Assembly: GCF_000372725.1 (NCBI RefSeq) | Contig: NW_005201286.1 | Location: forward strand, 1 to 64,000 | Length of the DNA stretch: 64,000 bases | Source of the DNA: Emiliania huxleyi CCMP1516 | Lineage: Eukaryota | Reading direction: 5' to 3' | Shown here: positions 1 through 12,930 of the stretch, piece after piece | Layout of the letters: every line of letters starts with the position of its first letter | How positions within the stretch are numbered: position 1 is the first letter of the stretch | Program-made: the position numbers and the translations under genes | Notes under the pieces: model-generated | Databases searched by the model: none | Told to the model about the DNA's origin: nothing | The model's input: only the letters and a program-made list of their open reading frames with translations

Positions 1-616
1 GGAGGGGGGTGGGGCTGGGGGGCTGGGGGGGTGGGGCTGGGTAGGGGGGCGGGGGCGGCGGCGGTTGGATCGAGGCGAGAGAAGGTCGGACGCTCGCGGC
101 TAGAGGCGGCGTCCAGAGCACTGCGCTCGCCGCTCGAGCGTGCGATAACTGAGCGTGCGTGCCGGACGCCTCTCGGAGGTGTCTCGGAAGTGTCTCGGAA
201 GCGTCCGCCGCGCGCCTTCGCGCTTGATCCGCTCTTGCGGGAGGGAGACGGGGACGGGGATGTCCTTGAGCTTGGTCTGCAGCTCGGTGGTGTTGATTGT
301 GTCCTCCTCCTGCGCACAACACACCGCGCCGGTGGCTCGGACACATCGCGTGCAGAGGCGCGCGCGGCGCGGGCGGGCTTGCGTCGGCGCTCGCGGCGCC
401 AGCGGCCGCTGCCGCTGCATGCCCCCCGGTGAGGCGGGAGGGCGCGGGAGGGTTGCGGAGGGCGGGCCGCGCCTGATCGTTCTGCACCAGCGTCGCGTCT
501 TCATCCAGCGCGAGCTCCTGGTTCGAGCGCATCAGCGGCAACTTTTTGTTGACGTCAATCGGCCGGCGCCGCATGCCGCCCGCCACGCCCGAGGCGCCAT
601 GGCCGGTGGAGGGCAT
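1..616 (-). CDS. Enhancer of Polycomb-like (EPL1/EPC) protein, 5' exons; gene runs off the window start
   Basis: ATG at 616 gives MPSTGHGASGVAGGMRRRPIDVNKKLPLMRS, resembling the EPC N-terminal R-x-R-P-I/L-D-x-x-K-K-L-P motif. Next exon starts at 309 after CAG (EEDTINTTELQTKLKDIPVP). GC donors. Confidence 0.6.
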   Translation of the reverse strand, partial: MPSTGHGASGVAGGMRRRPIDVNKKLPLMRSNQELALDEDATLVQNDQARPALRNPPAPSRLTGGHAAAAAAGAASADASPPAPRAPLHAMCPSHRRGVLCAGGGHNQHHRAADQAQGHPRPRLPPARADQARRRAADASETLPRHLREASGTHAQLSHARAASAVLWTPPLAASVRPSLASIQPPPPPPPYPAPPPQPPSPTPL

Positions 617-943
617 AGCGCGGCAACTGTCACTCTAAACGCGCGGGCCGATCGGCCTAGAAGGGCGGGAGGCGTCGCGCCGGCGAGCGGCGCGCGGCGC
701 TGCTGTGCACCCGCTGCGACCAGCTCACACCTTATTTATTAATTCACGGGCCGGCGAGGAGTGTGTGTGTGTGTGTGTGAGCGCACCACCCCCCAGCACG
801 GGGCGGTGGCTTCGGCGGCTTCGGCCGCTCTGGCGGCTACCGTAGGTGGTAGCCGCAGAATCATCCGCCACCCCGCCGGCATGACCGTCTACTACCACCT
901 CGGCATGAGCGACGAGTACCTGTACGCGCTCGACGACTACTAC

Positions 944-1738
944 CTAACTAGGCAACCTGGACGACTACCTACTCTTCTACATCCCCGTGCTCCCGCTCGA
1001 GATCCTCCTCGTTGCCCTAGCTCGGCGAGCAGGGAGGCCCCCGAGCTGAACGGCACACGCCGACGCACGCCCGCACTAGGGGCGAGGGCCCGGGACCGGA
1101 CAGGGGCCCGGGACCCGAACACCGTCGGTGGCGTCCCGGCGGCGCTGATAGTGCACAGCGCCGCCGTGGGGGGGACGCTGCAAGTCTGTCTGGGGGATAC
1201 CTCCCACCGCTCTGCATGCCTGCGCCGCGGGGCCGCACCGCGTAGCCGCCCGACGGGGCCGCCTTGAGCGGCTGGTCGGCGAGGCCGGCGGGAGCGGCTG
1301 GCGGCGCGCGGGGCAGAGAGTCGGTGCCCCAGGCGAGGCGACACCCGGAAATTCGGTAGAAGCCCTAGGACACGAGAGCCCGCCAGCCTGCTTGCAGGCA
1401 CCTCTCCCCAGAGGGGCGGGGGATCGGGGCCATACCGAGCGAACCCCGCGGTGCAAGGCCGTCCACCGAAGCCGTCTCGGGGCAGGTCTGTCTCGAATGG
1501 ATAGCCTCCTTGGGCTCGGCCGGGTGGCTCGGCTAGCACGAGACGTGGGGACGTGTAACGACTCGACACGGGTGGGCGAGAGCTTGAGATAGAGTCTAGC
1601 CGCCTCGAGAGAGGTTGCCCTGCTTAGTGGGGCGGAACCCCGCGAACAGGTGCACCAGGGTTCTCTTCCCTGGGGCCGTAGGTCTCGGACTAGCACACAG
1701 TCCGACCCTGTCCATAGCTAGCGTGTGTTTCGTTAGCT
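944..1738. mobile_element. Possible ~800 bp insertion splitting a short ORF
   Basis: MTVYYHLGMSDEYLYALDDYY (881-943) would continue in frame as KIYAWVRDRG at 1739. Insert has short inverted ends (ctaac/gttag) and hairpins near 1655-1706. Confidence 0.3.
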
Positions 1739-1788
1739 AAGATCTACGCCTGGGTGCGGGACCGCGGCGCAGCCAGTGCCGCGGCGAG

Positions 1789-2026
1789 GCCTCCGGCTGT
1801 TTGCGGCGGGCGGCTTGCTGCTCGCGGCGATGGCGAAAAACTCGTCTCGCCACACGCCAAGGGCTTATGCTCTGGCGAGACGTGAGGCGCATGCGCCCAG
1901 GAGGGGAGGGGGCATGTGTAACGACACTGCTAGAGATGCCTTTCGGGGCCCAGAGATAAAACTTCTGTGATGCCATGCGTGACCTAGTAGTGTCCCCAGC
2001 TATGGGCGTGTCCACGTTGGAGCCAG
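1789..2026. repeat. Dispersed ~238 bp repeat, inverted copy of 63329-63566
   Basis: Near-identical reverse complement. Both copies give the same spurious ORF text (MASQKFYLWAPKG...). Confidence 0.9.
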
Positions 2027-2529
2027 GTGTGGTGTGGGCGCGAGAATAGCTCCGCCGTTCATGGAGGCAACCGATGCGAGTCGACTGGTGTGTGTCGTCG
2101 TGGTTTCTTATCAAGAATACTCACTCACACACACCGGCGAGGTTCCCTAAGAATTAAAATCGTCCTCCGGCTCACTGGCGCACACTAGCACAAACACACG
2201 TCGGCACACCCGCGACGATGGGAAAAGACTGGGCGGTGCGCACGCGACTGGCACGCAGTGGCAGACTAACTAACACGGGCGGGTAAGCGTATTAGCGTAT
2301 ACAAAAATCGCGAGGCAGGTGGCGAACGCACAAGCATACATCGGCACACATTACGCACATTATTCACGGCAACTTCTCGACGACCCTAGACGTAAATATT
2401 TGCTTTCATTGCTGTTGCTGCAAGTGCAGAGCGGCCTCACTCAACCTTGCCTCTGCCCGCCTGTCTGTGCTGCACCTCGCGAGCAAGCTCCTCGTGGCGC
2501 AAGAGGCGTGGTAATCACAAAAATAGAGG

Positions 2530-2805
2530 TGCTCAGCCAGAGGTCCTCAGGAGAGGTCCTCAACCAGAGGTCCTCTCACAGGGTCGGAGAGGCTATCACT
2601 CAACGCATGTCAGGCTTGGCCGCCGCACCCGCGGCGGCGAGGCTGAGGGTCTCTCTTCGGTTTGTACCGCAAGAAGGACGCATTACTCAATACAACCTCT
2701 CCCTCTCTACCTCCTCTACGCGAACAGCCGCGTCGAAGTACGGAGGGGCCCTTTGCAGAGGAGGTCCTCAGGGGGGGGGGAGGTCCTCAGCCAGAGGTCC
2801 TCACG
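2530..2805. repeat. Cluster of GAGGTCCTC(A) motifs
   Basis: At least 6 copies. The same motif clusters at 4885-5100 and 55240-55560. Confidence 0.75.
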
Positions 2806-3083
2806 AACACTGCTCGCATAGGCCATAGCCGCCGCCCTGTCACTCAAAATTAGCGTCCTCGACGTACCGTCGAGGCCTGACCAAATTGCAGGGCCTCGCG
2901 CTCGTACTTACTGCTCTTCTGTGGATTCTTGCTTGGACGAGCGGTTTGCGTTTACTCGCTCTCGACCTGGTCAATCGAAGTAGGTAAGGGGATGAGTTCA
3001 AAGACAATACTGTTGGTGCGTGGGGTGTGTTGACAATGGTGATTTTTCTTCTTTTCGAGCCTGACACCCCTTCGGCACCATAT

Positions 3084-4066
3084 ATGCTGGCGCTCTGCTC
3101 CGCAATCCATGTCGGCTTCACGCTGCCGCCGCCCGAGCCAGGCCGCCGCGCAGCCCTGGTCGGCGCTGCGAGCGCGCTGTCGCTCGGCGTGCCGCTGGTG
3201 GCGACGGCGGACGAGAAGCCCGTCATCTCCCCCGTCCCGCTGGGCGAGCAGGCGACCAGCCTAGCAGCAGTCTAGCGAGCAGCCTATAGCGATACATCGC
3301 CACTTACGGCCTTTACTTCATCGCTTCAGGTTCCGGTCGGCGATGCACCGGGCAAGGCCACGCCGACGGTCAAGCTGCCGCAGTACAAGAACGACCCCAA
3401 CAAAGGGACGTGCAACTGGCGGTCGGCCGACAAGACTGGTGCCAAGTCGTCGTGCGTCAAGACGCAGGTGCTCGAGCCGTACAACGTCCGGCTGGCGCAG
3501 GCCTTCAACGGCGACTTCACCGACCCGGCGCACCCGCAAGGCTACCGCCGCGTCCTCGTGACCGGCTTCGGCGACGTCGAGATCAAGGGCTCGGACGAGC
3601 AGCGGTTCTGCGGAGGCCCAAACGACACCTCCACCACCTGCGCGAACTTCAAGGAGTTCACCCTCACCGGCACGATGGCCAAGGACGGCAAGAGCCTCAC
3701 CATCGACTTTTCGCCAAAGGGCGGCCCCACCGACCTGCTGGCGAAGAAGGTCTTCAAGAATGGCGTCACTGGGCATGAGCACCTAGACGCAGCAGAGTAC
3801 AAACCTAGAACTAGCTCTGCCAAGCAACCTCTGGCACCTAGAGAGACGCCGCAGTGTGGGCTGCACTCGGCTGATCCGCATCGTCATTCTCTGTACGCCA
3901 TGAGAATGCGCGATGAGAGGGGACGCTGGTCACTGCGCGTCACACCGTACCACCCCACAGTTTCCCTGTCCTCGCCAGGCTTGAGTTCCCCGATGGCAAC
4001 GTCTGGAGCAAGGTTTACTATGGGCCGATGACGCAGAGGCTGCTCGACGCACACGGCCCAATCTAA
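3084..4066 (+). CDS. Conserved algal hypothetical protein, probable plastid/thylakoid-lumen targeted; exons 3084-3251, 3330-3772, 3979-4066
   Basis: Signal-like start, twin-Arg motif plus hydrophobic stretch (GRRAALVGAASALSL...ATA). Motifs GDFTDPAHPQGYR, IDFSPKGGP and FPDGNVWSK join in frame across two GC-AG introns. Confidence 0.7.
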
Positions 4067-4468
4067 AACGGGGAGAGGCATGCATCATTTGCGCGCGGAG
4101 GGCGCGGCGCGTACGCCCGGTGGTTTGCCACCGGGTCTGCGGGGTCGCGCCACGTAACGTACGTTTCATTCATTCGTGCTGAACAGCGCCTCCGGTTTGA
4201 TCTCTATGCCGGGGAGACCTCGGTGTGTGTATTCAGGCCGTCGCTCTTGAGAGTTTGTCAGTTTGTGACATAGCAAGTACAGGGAGGGCCGCGAGGGAGA
4301 CGCCCGACCGCACGCAGCCTGGTTCGCACGCAGCAGTGCAGTGCTCAGGCAGTCCGGAGGCAGCAGCAGCAGTCGTTCCCAACCAGCCTCTGAACACATA
4401 CCGGAGATGGACACTTTGAGAGATGAAAGGGTTTGCGATGATGCAATTTTTTTGCACATCTTCTATCA

Positions 4469-4820
4469 GCACATCTCAAAGAACATACTGATTACTGTAT
4501 GTGACATGATCTCTCTATCATCTACGCTCCTTTTGCGGAATTTTGTCTCGTCTGTGTTGGAAGATTTGGCTGGCAGCACAGGATGACTGACTGGCGTCGG
4601 GTGGTTGGCAAACAAAACACGTGGCTGACTGAATGTGATGCAGCGCTGCATGTGATCAGCACATTTGAAAGAACATCTGTGACATATCTCTCTATCATCT
4701 ACGCTCCTTTGCGGACTTTTGTCTCTGTGTTGGATGGCTGGCAGCACAGGATGACTGACTGGCGTGCCCGTGGGTGGTTTGCAAACAAAAAACTTGGCTG
4801 AATGAATGTGATGCAGCGCT
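4469..4820. repeat. Diverged tandem duplication of a ~180 bp AT-richer unit
   Basis: ctctctatcatctacgctcc...ggctggcagcacaggatgactgactggcgt...gaatgtgatgcagcgctg occurs twice. Confidence 0.85.
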
Positions 4821-4884
4821 GGCCGCCCCGGAACATGCCGCATTTAAATTACGCACGCTGCGAGTTACTGTCACACGCTGCATT

Positions 4885-5100
4885 TGAGGACCTCTTTGAT
4901 GAGGACCTCTTGCCTCTGAGGACCTCTTGAAGGATGAGGACCTCTTCGTCTGCGGCTCTCGATGAGGCACGTCGTTCAAACCCAGAGAGAGCAACCACCT
5001 GCTACCCCACCGAGGGCGCGAGACAGAGAGATAGAGCGCGAGAAGGTCCTCACTGGCAGGTAAGCTAAGAGGTCCTCACGGCCACAGAGGTCCTCACGGA
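4885..5100. repeat. GAGGACCTC/GAGGTCCTC motif cluster that switches orientation
   Basis: 4 copies of tgaggacctct at 4885-4945, then aggtcctcac copies at 5044-5098. Confidence 0.75.
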
Positions 5101-5814
5101 TGACCTCCTCGCGAGCGCATAGAGCTCGATTCGACCCCCGTCCGACCCCCCTCCCCCCCCCCCCCGCCCGCCCGACCGACCGCCCCTCCTGGCCCAATAA
5201 CTGCCTGATAATTGACTGTCTCCGACCTTATTCCGCTTTGTGCCTGTGCCTGGCAGAATCCAGGAATCCAAAAAGCAAGAAGACGCAAGATTGAAGAAAG
5301 AAAGAAAGAAGGAAGGGTCGCTGATTGTGCAAGTGGTCGAGCACGGATGGCTTCAGAAGTTTTATCTATCTGCGAGAGACGCCCGCCCCCGCCGTTGGGT
5401 CGCGATGATCCTTAGGATCGTGGAGGACCGTACCTGTCCTCCCATAATCTCGTGTCTCGGAGAACGTACGATGACACATGCGCCTTCCTATCTATCTATC
5501 TGGCACACGTTGCAGAGAGTGAGTGAGTGTGACACACACACACACACACTCACACACGCCAATTACCATATCTCACCCCCCCCCCCCCTCCCCCCCCGCG
5601 GGTCGCTGATTGTGCATGTCCGCGAGCCGCACGCGTACTTATTTGTTTGTATTCGTTCCTCCTAGACTAGAGAAATGCAAGGCGGGAAACCGACCGACCT
5701 TCCTTCGACCAATGAGGTTTTTCCGTCTTTCATAACGAGAGAGAAACGAACGACCCTGACTGACTGAGTGAGTACATACACACAGAGAGGGGGGGGGGGG
5801 GGGAAAAAAAAAAT

Positions 5815-6068
5815 GTGTGTCTCCCCCCTTGCGGGGGGGGAGCGGAAAAGAGGAACCTCTTCTCAAGAGCACCACTCTGGGAGTGCCGCCACTACCACTC
5901 AGAGCGCTGCAAGTAGCGCCGGGCAATGACGGCTTACCGGCCACCCAGACCCCCCTAGGCACACCCCGGCAGACAATGTGTGACGGCTCGAACCCGCTAA
6001 GCCATCCCGCAAGCGGGATAGCCCGCCACTCGAACCCGCAAGCGGGCGTACGAACCGCGAGCGGCTCG
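5815..6068. repeat. Dispersed ~255 bp repeat, direct copy of ~60216-60468, abutting a (GA)n tract
   Basis: High identity by eye. Internal hairpins atcccgcaagcgggat and cccgcaagcggg. Confidence 0.9.
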
Positions 6069-6069
6069 C

Positions 6070-6073
<4 letters not shown>

Positions 6074-6152
<79 letters not shown>
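6074..6152. repeat. (GA)n microsatellite
   Basis: Direct inspection. Confidence 0.95.
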
Positions 6153-6155
<3 letters not shown>

Positions 6156-6247
6156 CTCAGTAGTGTCGTAACCGGGTAGGTACTCGAGTACCTCTTTGCC
6201 GATTACCACATCACGGCCCACCGCAGCGACACTGCGAACCTCACAGG

Positions 6248-8620
6248 ATGCGCTTCCTCGTTCTTGCGCTCCTCGCGGCGGGCACCTCCGCATTGCTAGC
6301 ACCGCTCCGGGCTCGTCCGGCCTACCGCGTCGCCCGCATCTCTCTTTCCGAGCCAGTGGCGGACGACGCGATTGTGGACGAGGCGACAAACGCCGCCGCT
6401 GAGACGGACGCTACGACCGTCGAGGTCGAGGTGGCCCTGCCGGCAGCAGCGAGCGTCGCGGAGAAGGAGGAGACGCCCGACCGTCGCCTCATCCTTGGCG
6501 GCGGCGCCGGCGTTCTCGCGCTACTCGCCTCCAAAACCATCTTTGCTCCTCCTCCTCCGCCGCCGCCACCGCCTCCGGCAGCCAAGGGGAAGAAGGGCGA
6601 GAAGGCGAGCAAGCCGGCGAGCAAGTCGACCGCGGCTGCGGTCAAGGCGGCGCCAAGGAAGTCCGCAAAGGCGCCGCCTCCCGCCAAGGCCGGCAAGGCC
6701 AAGCCGGCGGCAAAGGCTCCGGCGCCGGCGTCAGCAGCGGCGGGCAGTTTCTCGAACGCCGCCATCGCTGCAAATGCAGTCACGCTCGCCGTCGCGGCGG
6801 TCGCGGCGAGTTCGCCGTCCGCGCCCGACCCGCGCTTCTCCTCCGTCCGTCGTCGCCGCAGCCCCGTCGCCGCTGCGCCGCGCCGCGCCGTCGCGCCAAG
6901 CTACAAGCCGAGCGCAACGACCGGCAGCGGCGCGTCACAGGAGGCATCAGCAAGCCTGATATACACTCGACCTCTCGGCTCTTGTGCCAGCTCTTCGCCC
7001 CCGCATCCTCGACGGCTTCCTCCTGCCCTCCGCCCTCTCTCCTCTCCTCTCTCCTCTCCTCTCTCCTCTCCTCTCTCCTCTCCTCTCTCCTCTCCTCTCT
7101 CCTCTCCTCTCTCCTCTCCTCTCTCCTCCCCACCTCGCCTCCGCACGCCTCCGCCCTCCCAACGTAAGCTCCCGCCTCCTCTACTTCCTCGAACACAGGC
7201 ACTTGCGCGGAGGCGTGCGGTGCTGCGGGGCTGGGCGGCGCAGGCTCGCGCCTCAAAGGGGTCGACCTCCCGCCCCGCCGCGCAGAGCCGGCCGGCGGCC
7301 GCTCGCCGGGTAACGGCGGCGCCGCGGCCTCCGACCCGCGCGACCCCCTCTCCCAGCAAGGCTGCCAGCAGGCAGGCGGCGGCGATCGCTGCGGCGGACG
7401 CGCGGCTCTTCCCGGCCACCGCGGCGGCCGAGAAGGCGGCCAAGGCGAAGACGCGCGCCACTTCTCCCGCCGCCAGGAAGCCGACACCCGCACGTGCCTC
7501 CTCGCTTGCCGGCAAGTCACCCTCCGCCGCCAAGGCGGCGGCAGCCAAGGCGGCGGCAGCCAAGGCGGCGGCAGCCAAGAGGGCGGCGGCGGCAAAGGCG
7601 GCGGCGGCGGCGAAGGCGAAACTCGCAAAGGCGACGGCCGCGAAGAGGCAGGCTGCGGCTAAGGCGGCGGCGGCAAAGAAGGTGATTCTCTCACCCTGCT
7701 CTCACCCACGCGCACCCCGCCTTGCGGTCTGAAGGCTGCGGGGTACCTTCCAACTAGCCAGCCTTTGAGACGCGTATTTCACTCTTCCTGTGTACTTCAG
7801 GCGGCCGATGCAAAGAAGGCGGCGGCGGCGGCGAAGAAGACGGCGGCAGCGAAGCTCGCGGCGGCGAAGAAGGTGCCGACCGTAGACACTTCCTAGACAC
7901 TTCCTAGACACTTCCTAGAGAAGAAGGTGCCGACCCAAGCCCTCTCCCTCTCCAGCTCCTCTCCAGCTCCTCTCTAGCTCCTCTCTGCCCGCTCCTGTCT
8001 GGCTCCTCGCCCGCTCCTGCTCTCGACACCTCCCGTCTCCTCTTGCCCCCCCCCCCCACCCCCCCCCCCACACACACGCTCACACCCACACCCACCACAC
8101 CACACCACACCAACACACACACACCCCTATCCCCCGCCGCCCGGGTCCCGTCCGCAGACGCCGGTCAAGAAGGCTGCCAAAAAGGCGCAAGGCCAGGGAG
8201 GGGAGGGTGGAGTGGGGTNNNNNNNNNNNNNNNNNNNNNNNNNNNNNNNNNNNNNNNNNNNNNNNNNNNNNNNNNNNNNNNNNNNNNNNNNNNNNNNNNN
8301 NNNNNNNNNNNNNNNNNNTAAGAACACACAAGCCCGGCGTAGCCGAATCACATAGCGCTACGGAGCTCGGTGCAAAAAGTTCCCAACCCACGCAACGGGT
8401 AGTTCATCGCTTCGTGAAGACACAGTCTCGCTGTTACGCGCTCAAAAGAGATAACAGCGGCAGGGGAGGCTTGGGGGAGCTCTTCACAGCCCGCGCGTGT
8501 GTGGACAGGCCGTCAAGAAGATCGTCGTCAAGCGGCCCGCGCCAAAGGCCCGCCACTCCCCCCCCCCATCCCCACCCCCTTTCTCCTTTCAAGAGGTCAC
8601 CGTGCCGCCCCTGCCTTCCC
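6248..8620 (+). CDS. Multi-exon Ala/Lys/Pro-rich protein with signal peptide plus transit-like peptide; spans a gap, 3' end uncertain
   Basis: MRFLVLALLAAGTSALLAPLRAR..., an internal hydrophobic segment and AAAKA repeats. Exons separated by ctctcctctcct and tagacacttcc arrays. Confidence 0.55.
8219..8319. other. Assembly gap
   Basis: Run of N. Confidence 1.
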
Positions 8621-9479
8621 GTAGGCCCGCCCCGCTCTCTCCCGCGCGCGCTGAACACCGCGCCGCGCCTCTGCCCCGGAGGCGTTATGGGCGTCCCTTC
8701 CTTTTGCACTAAGCCATTGCGCGTCCGAGAGGGCGCAGGTTGGAGAGGCGCGGGGCATATCGCGATGAGGAAGGAACTCGAATCTGACGCGCTCCCGCAC
8801 GCGAGCGCTGTCCGTGTGAGTGCATGGTCTGTTTTTAGACGCATACTGATATGTGCGAGATGGAGGTAAGTTGGTTTGAATGTCGTGCGTGAAGACTGAA
8901 GATGTGAAGTGAGACGGACCTGAGACACGAGAGTCGAGAGTAGGATTTAGCGTGCTCGAGTACTCAGTCGTCAGTGGACGCCCTACAACGATCGACTCGA
9001 GGAGATAATCTACACGCGGCAAAAAAACAAAAACGATAAACGTCCAACTCCTTACGCGGCATAAAGCCGTACGGGCGGGGACCTGCTCCTTTTTTGTTTT
9101 CACCCATCTCACAGTAGAGAGGTGTCCGTTTTTATTTATTTATTACGTGTGAGAGCCGCGGGGAGGGAGCGACGCAAGCTGTCACGATACAGACGAGAGT
9201 CCGCAGAAGCCAAAGGCAAACCAAAGCAGCCGCAGCGAGAGACCCTCCCGGGCGGTGAGCAGCACAGAGCAAGAAGAGAGAGCATCGGGCGAGGCAACGG
9301 GGCGAGGCGCCGTCTAGGGCTCACGGCGCCAACCGGCCCCGCTGCTGCCGGCGCGGTGATGACATGTGCCGCCCTACGCGGCTCCGCGGCCTGCCCACCT
9401 CTGGCGCAGAATGGCGCGCGGGCTAGCCGAGCGAGCCGGATCCGCCGTCTGCGCCCGCCGCCGCCGCCACCGCGCCGTC

Positions 9480-10979
9480 GCTGGCCTAGGTCCGTCAGCA
9501 CCGGCGAATCAGCGTGTGTGAGCACTCGAATACAGCCCCTCAGCGGAGTACATCCAAAGACGCGTCCTCTCGACGGCCAGCCGCGCGGCAATGCACCGCC
9601 CTTTGGCGTTTCCGCATCTATAGGGCCGCTGGCCGATTGGACCGAGAGCGGGTCCAGGAAGGGCTCCTAAACAAGACAAGAGTGCCACCCGTAAAAGGAG
9701 GGTGCGTGGACGCAAGACCAAGGTCGCGTCCAGCACGGCGCTCCGTCGGCACGACCACACCCTCCGGCTTGGGGGCAGACTCGGCCGCCGCAGGGGCCGC
9801 CGCCGCCGCCGCCGCCTTGTGGCAGGTTGGGTAAGGCTGANNNNNNNNNNNNNNNNNNNNNNNNNNNNNNNNNNNNNNNNNNNNNNNNNNNNNNNNNNNN
9901 NNNNNNNNNNNNNNNNNNNNNNNNNNNNNNNNNNNNNNNNGGGGGGGGGGGGGGCCTTCGTGTCGGCGCTCGGCGACGATCCGCCCGCGGCGGCGGCGGC
10001 GGCCAGGAGGGCGGCGGCGGCGCCGAGGATCGGAAGGAGCGGCGGGCCGGTTGGCTTTGGCTTCGGCGGCGCGGGCCTGTGCGAGGGCAGGCAGGGGTAG
10101 AGGCACGCGCACGGCATATCTCCCCATATCTCCCCATAAGGTAGAGGCACGCGCACGGCATCGATGACCGGCTCTACGTCGGCATGACTACCGTCTCTCG
10201 TCTAGTGCTTCTCCTTCGCGCCGCTGTTCTGAGCGGTACTCTGGCGGATGTGCGTCTCTCCGAGGGCTGATAGGGCGACATGCGGGTAGCTGGCGATTAT
10301 TCGGCATCTGGGCGTGCGGGCTTGAAGAAGAGCGCGTAGCCGGCGAGGAGGGAGAGGGAGGCGACGCCTTGCGCGCGGCGGTCGACGTACGTGCGCGAGC
10401 CAACCACCTTTGGCCCTGAGGGCGAGAGGGAGGGAGGAGGAGGTGGATGAGGAAAGGTGGTGAGCGCGGCGGTGAGGGTTGCGGTGAGGGTGACGGTTGG
10501 GAGGGTGGCAGTGGCGGGGTGGGGACCTGCGAGCGTGATCTTCTTCTTGTCGTAGCCTGTGCGCGAGATGCCGCGCCGGCCGGTCACCTAGAGGAGGGAT
10601 GCGGGCATCACAGGCCGGCTAGTCCGCGGCGTTCAAGTGCAAGGTTGGAACGGCGATGGCAGGCAGCACATACCTTGTTGGCGTCACGAGCGGCGAGGTA
10701 GCTTCCCGAGGACGAGGGTAACATCGAGTCCTTCCACGAGGGGTTCCAGCCCTTTGCCGCGTACCGCGCGTCGGCGCTGCCGCGAGCGGCCGGCCTAGCA
10801 GGGGTGGGCTTCGCCGCCGGCCGCTTTGGCTTTGCGACGCTGACGCGCGGCCGGGACGCCTTTCCCGACGTGCGAGGCGGGGGCGTGACCTGCATGATCG
10901 GTTGCGCCGCTCGGGCCGGCGCGGTCGCTGCCAGAAGCGCGTGCGTCGGCGCGAGGAGACAGATGAGAGCACCGAGCAT
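9480..10979 (-). CDS. Multi-exon probable plastid-targeted Pro/Ala/Lys-rich protein; spans a gap, 3' end uncertain
   Basis: MLGALICLLAPTHALLAATAPARAAQPIMQ (bipartite-like leader), GT donor after DANK, later exons with hydrophobic segments (SLSLLAGYALFF; LLPILGAAAALL). Confidence 0.5.
9841..9940. other. Assembly gap
   Basis: Run of N. Confidence 1.
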
Positions 10980-11379
10980 CCCAACTCAGATGAAGCCTGT
11001 CGAGGGTGCCGGTGTGGTTCCTCTGTGCCCATTCTTTATTCTTTTTTAAGATTGTACTGGTCCGGCTGCTGCTACGGAGGCTACACTCTAGGCGTTCGAC
11101 ACTCTAATGCATTCGACACAGGCGTCGTCCACCCTCTTCCCGGGCTACATCACTTTGGGGAGAAGGCGAAGATCCTTTTGATGTGTTCACAGAGCGACGG
11201 GCGAAAAAATGACGAACTCGGTGTAGGAATCCTATGAGAAGCCGGCGCCCTTACTTGGGCTCCTCGATTCACCACCTTGGGCAAGCACCTAACGACGCCG
11301 ACGCCGAGCACCTTTGCCGAGCACCTCGAACGACGCCGACGCCGAGCACCTTTGCCGAAGTCCTTCTTCTGAGTTCTCG

Positions 11380-12063
11380 ATGGGAGCCTGCGCGAGCTCC
11401 CCGTGCAATCCGCTTCACAGGACTGCCACCTATACGCTCGCCGATGACAAGGTGATGCAGCTAATCTCTGCAGAGCGATGTTCTGAACGCTGTGCCGACG
11501 GCCGTTATGCGCTGCACTATGCTGCGGCCAGCGGCTGCGCGTCTGCCTCGATTTGCGCGGCCATCCTGGACGCCTATCCCGAGGCGGTGCGCACACCGGA
11601 TCGCGACGGCCACCTCCCTGCCCACGCTGCCGCCCAGTCTTGCGGTTCGGTGGCTGTCGCCGAAAAGATCCTCTCCGCCTACCCGGAAGCTGTGCACAAG
11701 AAGACAATGGCGCGTAGCTGCGCCGCCGCCCGACCCCGCTCCGCTTCCCACTCTCACCGCGAGCATATTCCTCTGCGCAGTTCGGCAAGACGCCACCTGA
11801 CCGGGCGAGGGCATACAATCCGAGTGACGAGGCTCAGCAACGCCTCGCATGTCAACTCAGCATCCATGTAGAGGCACACTGTCACGCCCGCCATGCTGCA
11901 CTCGCAGGTCAAGGCAATCTTCGAGGCGGTGGCCGCCGAGCTCCCGCCGCCGCCGTCGCGCCAGCCGACGACCGACCGCACGCGGCGATCCAGCCGCTCC
12001 GCAGCCAGGTCGGGCTCATCGCGCAGCGTCCACTTCTCGGCCGCCGTCGCCGTGGCCGTCTGA
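11380..12063 (+). CDS. Small ankyrin-repeat protein with MG-x-C acylation-type N-terminus; exons ~11380-11709, 11781-11831, 11908-12063
   Basis: MGACASS start. Ankyrin-like GRYALHYAA, DGHLPAHAAA and FGKTP. In-frame GC-AG introns. Confidence 0.65.
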
Positions 12064-12853
12064 GCTGTAAGCGACGCGCAGGCGAGCGAGCCGCTCGCTC
12101 GCGTGCGCCGAAGTGAGACGGCGGCCTCTCTTCTGGCCTCGCACGGGTGACACATTTGGGGTGGGTAGGCAGTGGAGACGGGAGAGACGTGTGGTCTCGA
12201 GCAACTGTGCGTGTAGTGTGTGATCTGGTCGTGTGGCGCTGGTAAGGTGGCGCTCTTACGTATTAGTCTGTCTGGGACTGTCTCGCACACAGCAAACAAA
12301 CACAAAATCAGAGAGAGCACAATACCAACCCAACTCAAAAAACAAATATAAGACGCTCACAAATCATTTGGGGCCTGGAGCCCTAAAAGATCAGCCAAGC
12401 CGCAGCCTCCGACGAAAAGAGAGGAGACAGAGCCTGAGAGTGCATCTCCATCTGACTATCTCCCGGATCCTGCTGAACAAGTTCCTCTTGATGTTTGTCC
12501 TCTTGTAGCTCGATCGGTCACACCGCCATCGCCGTCGGGCAGAGGGGGGACGACACTGCTTCAGCAGCGTGCACCTCGATCCTGTACCGTGTTTGTTATG
12601 ACCCCCCCCAATGAACACACCAGTGAGGGAGGGCGAGACGATCGAGGGGTCCCGTACCATGCGGAATCGACCCTATCCAGTGCTCAAGTGCTCAAGGAGA
12701 CAGAGCATTTATTAGATGACGGCCAAAGCAGGTATGAGCAAACAAACTATCCGTAGGCGCGAGGGAAGGTTCTTTTTCGGGAGTTTTAGCCGTACAAGCT
12801 GATCATCCTCGACGAGGCGAGATATAGCCGAGAGGTTGTAAAATTCTTTTTCG

Positions 12854-12930
12854 GCTCTCCGTGGTGTACCTGTGTTAGTGCCAGTGCGCGCCAGTCCCGC
12901 GCCTAGTGTTGCATTGTGAGAATAAAAATT
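12854..12930 (+). repeat. Truncated copy of dispersed 'gtggtgtacctgtgttagtgccagtgcgcgccagtccc...aaaattc' family
   Basis: Matches copies at 22655, 25197, 53706 and 62458 (reverse). Confidence 0.85.
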
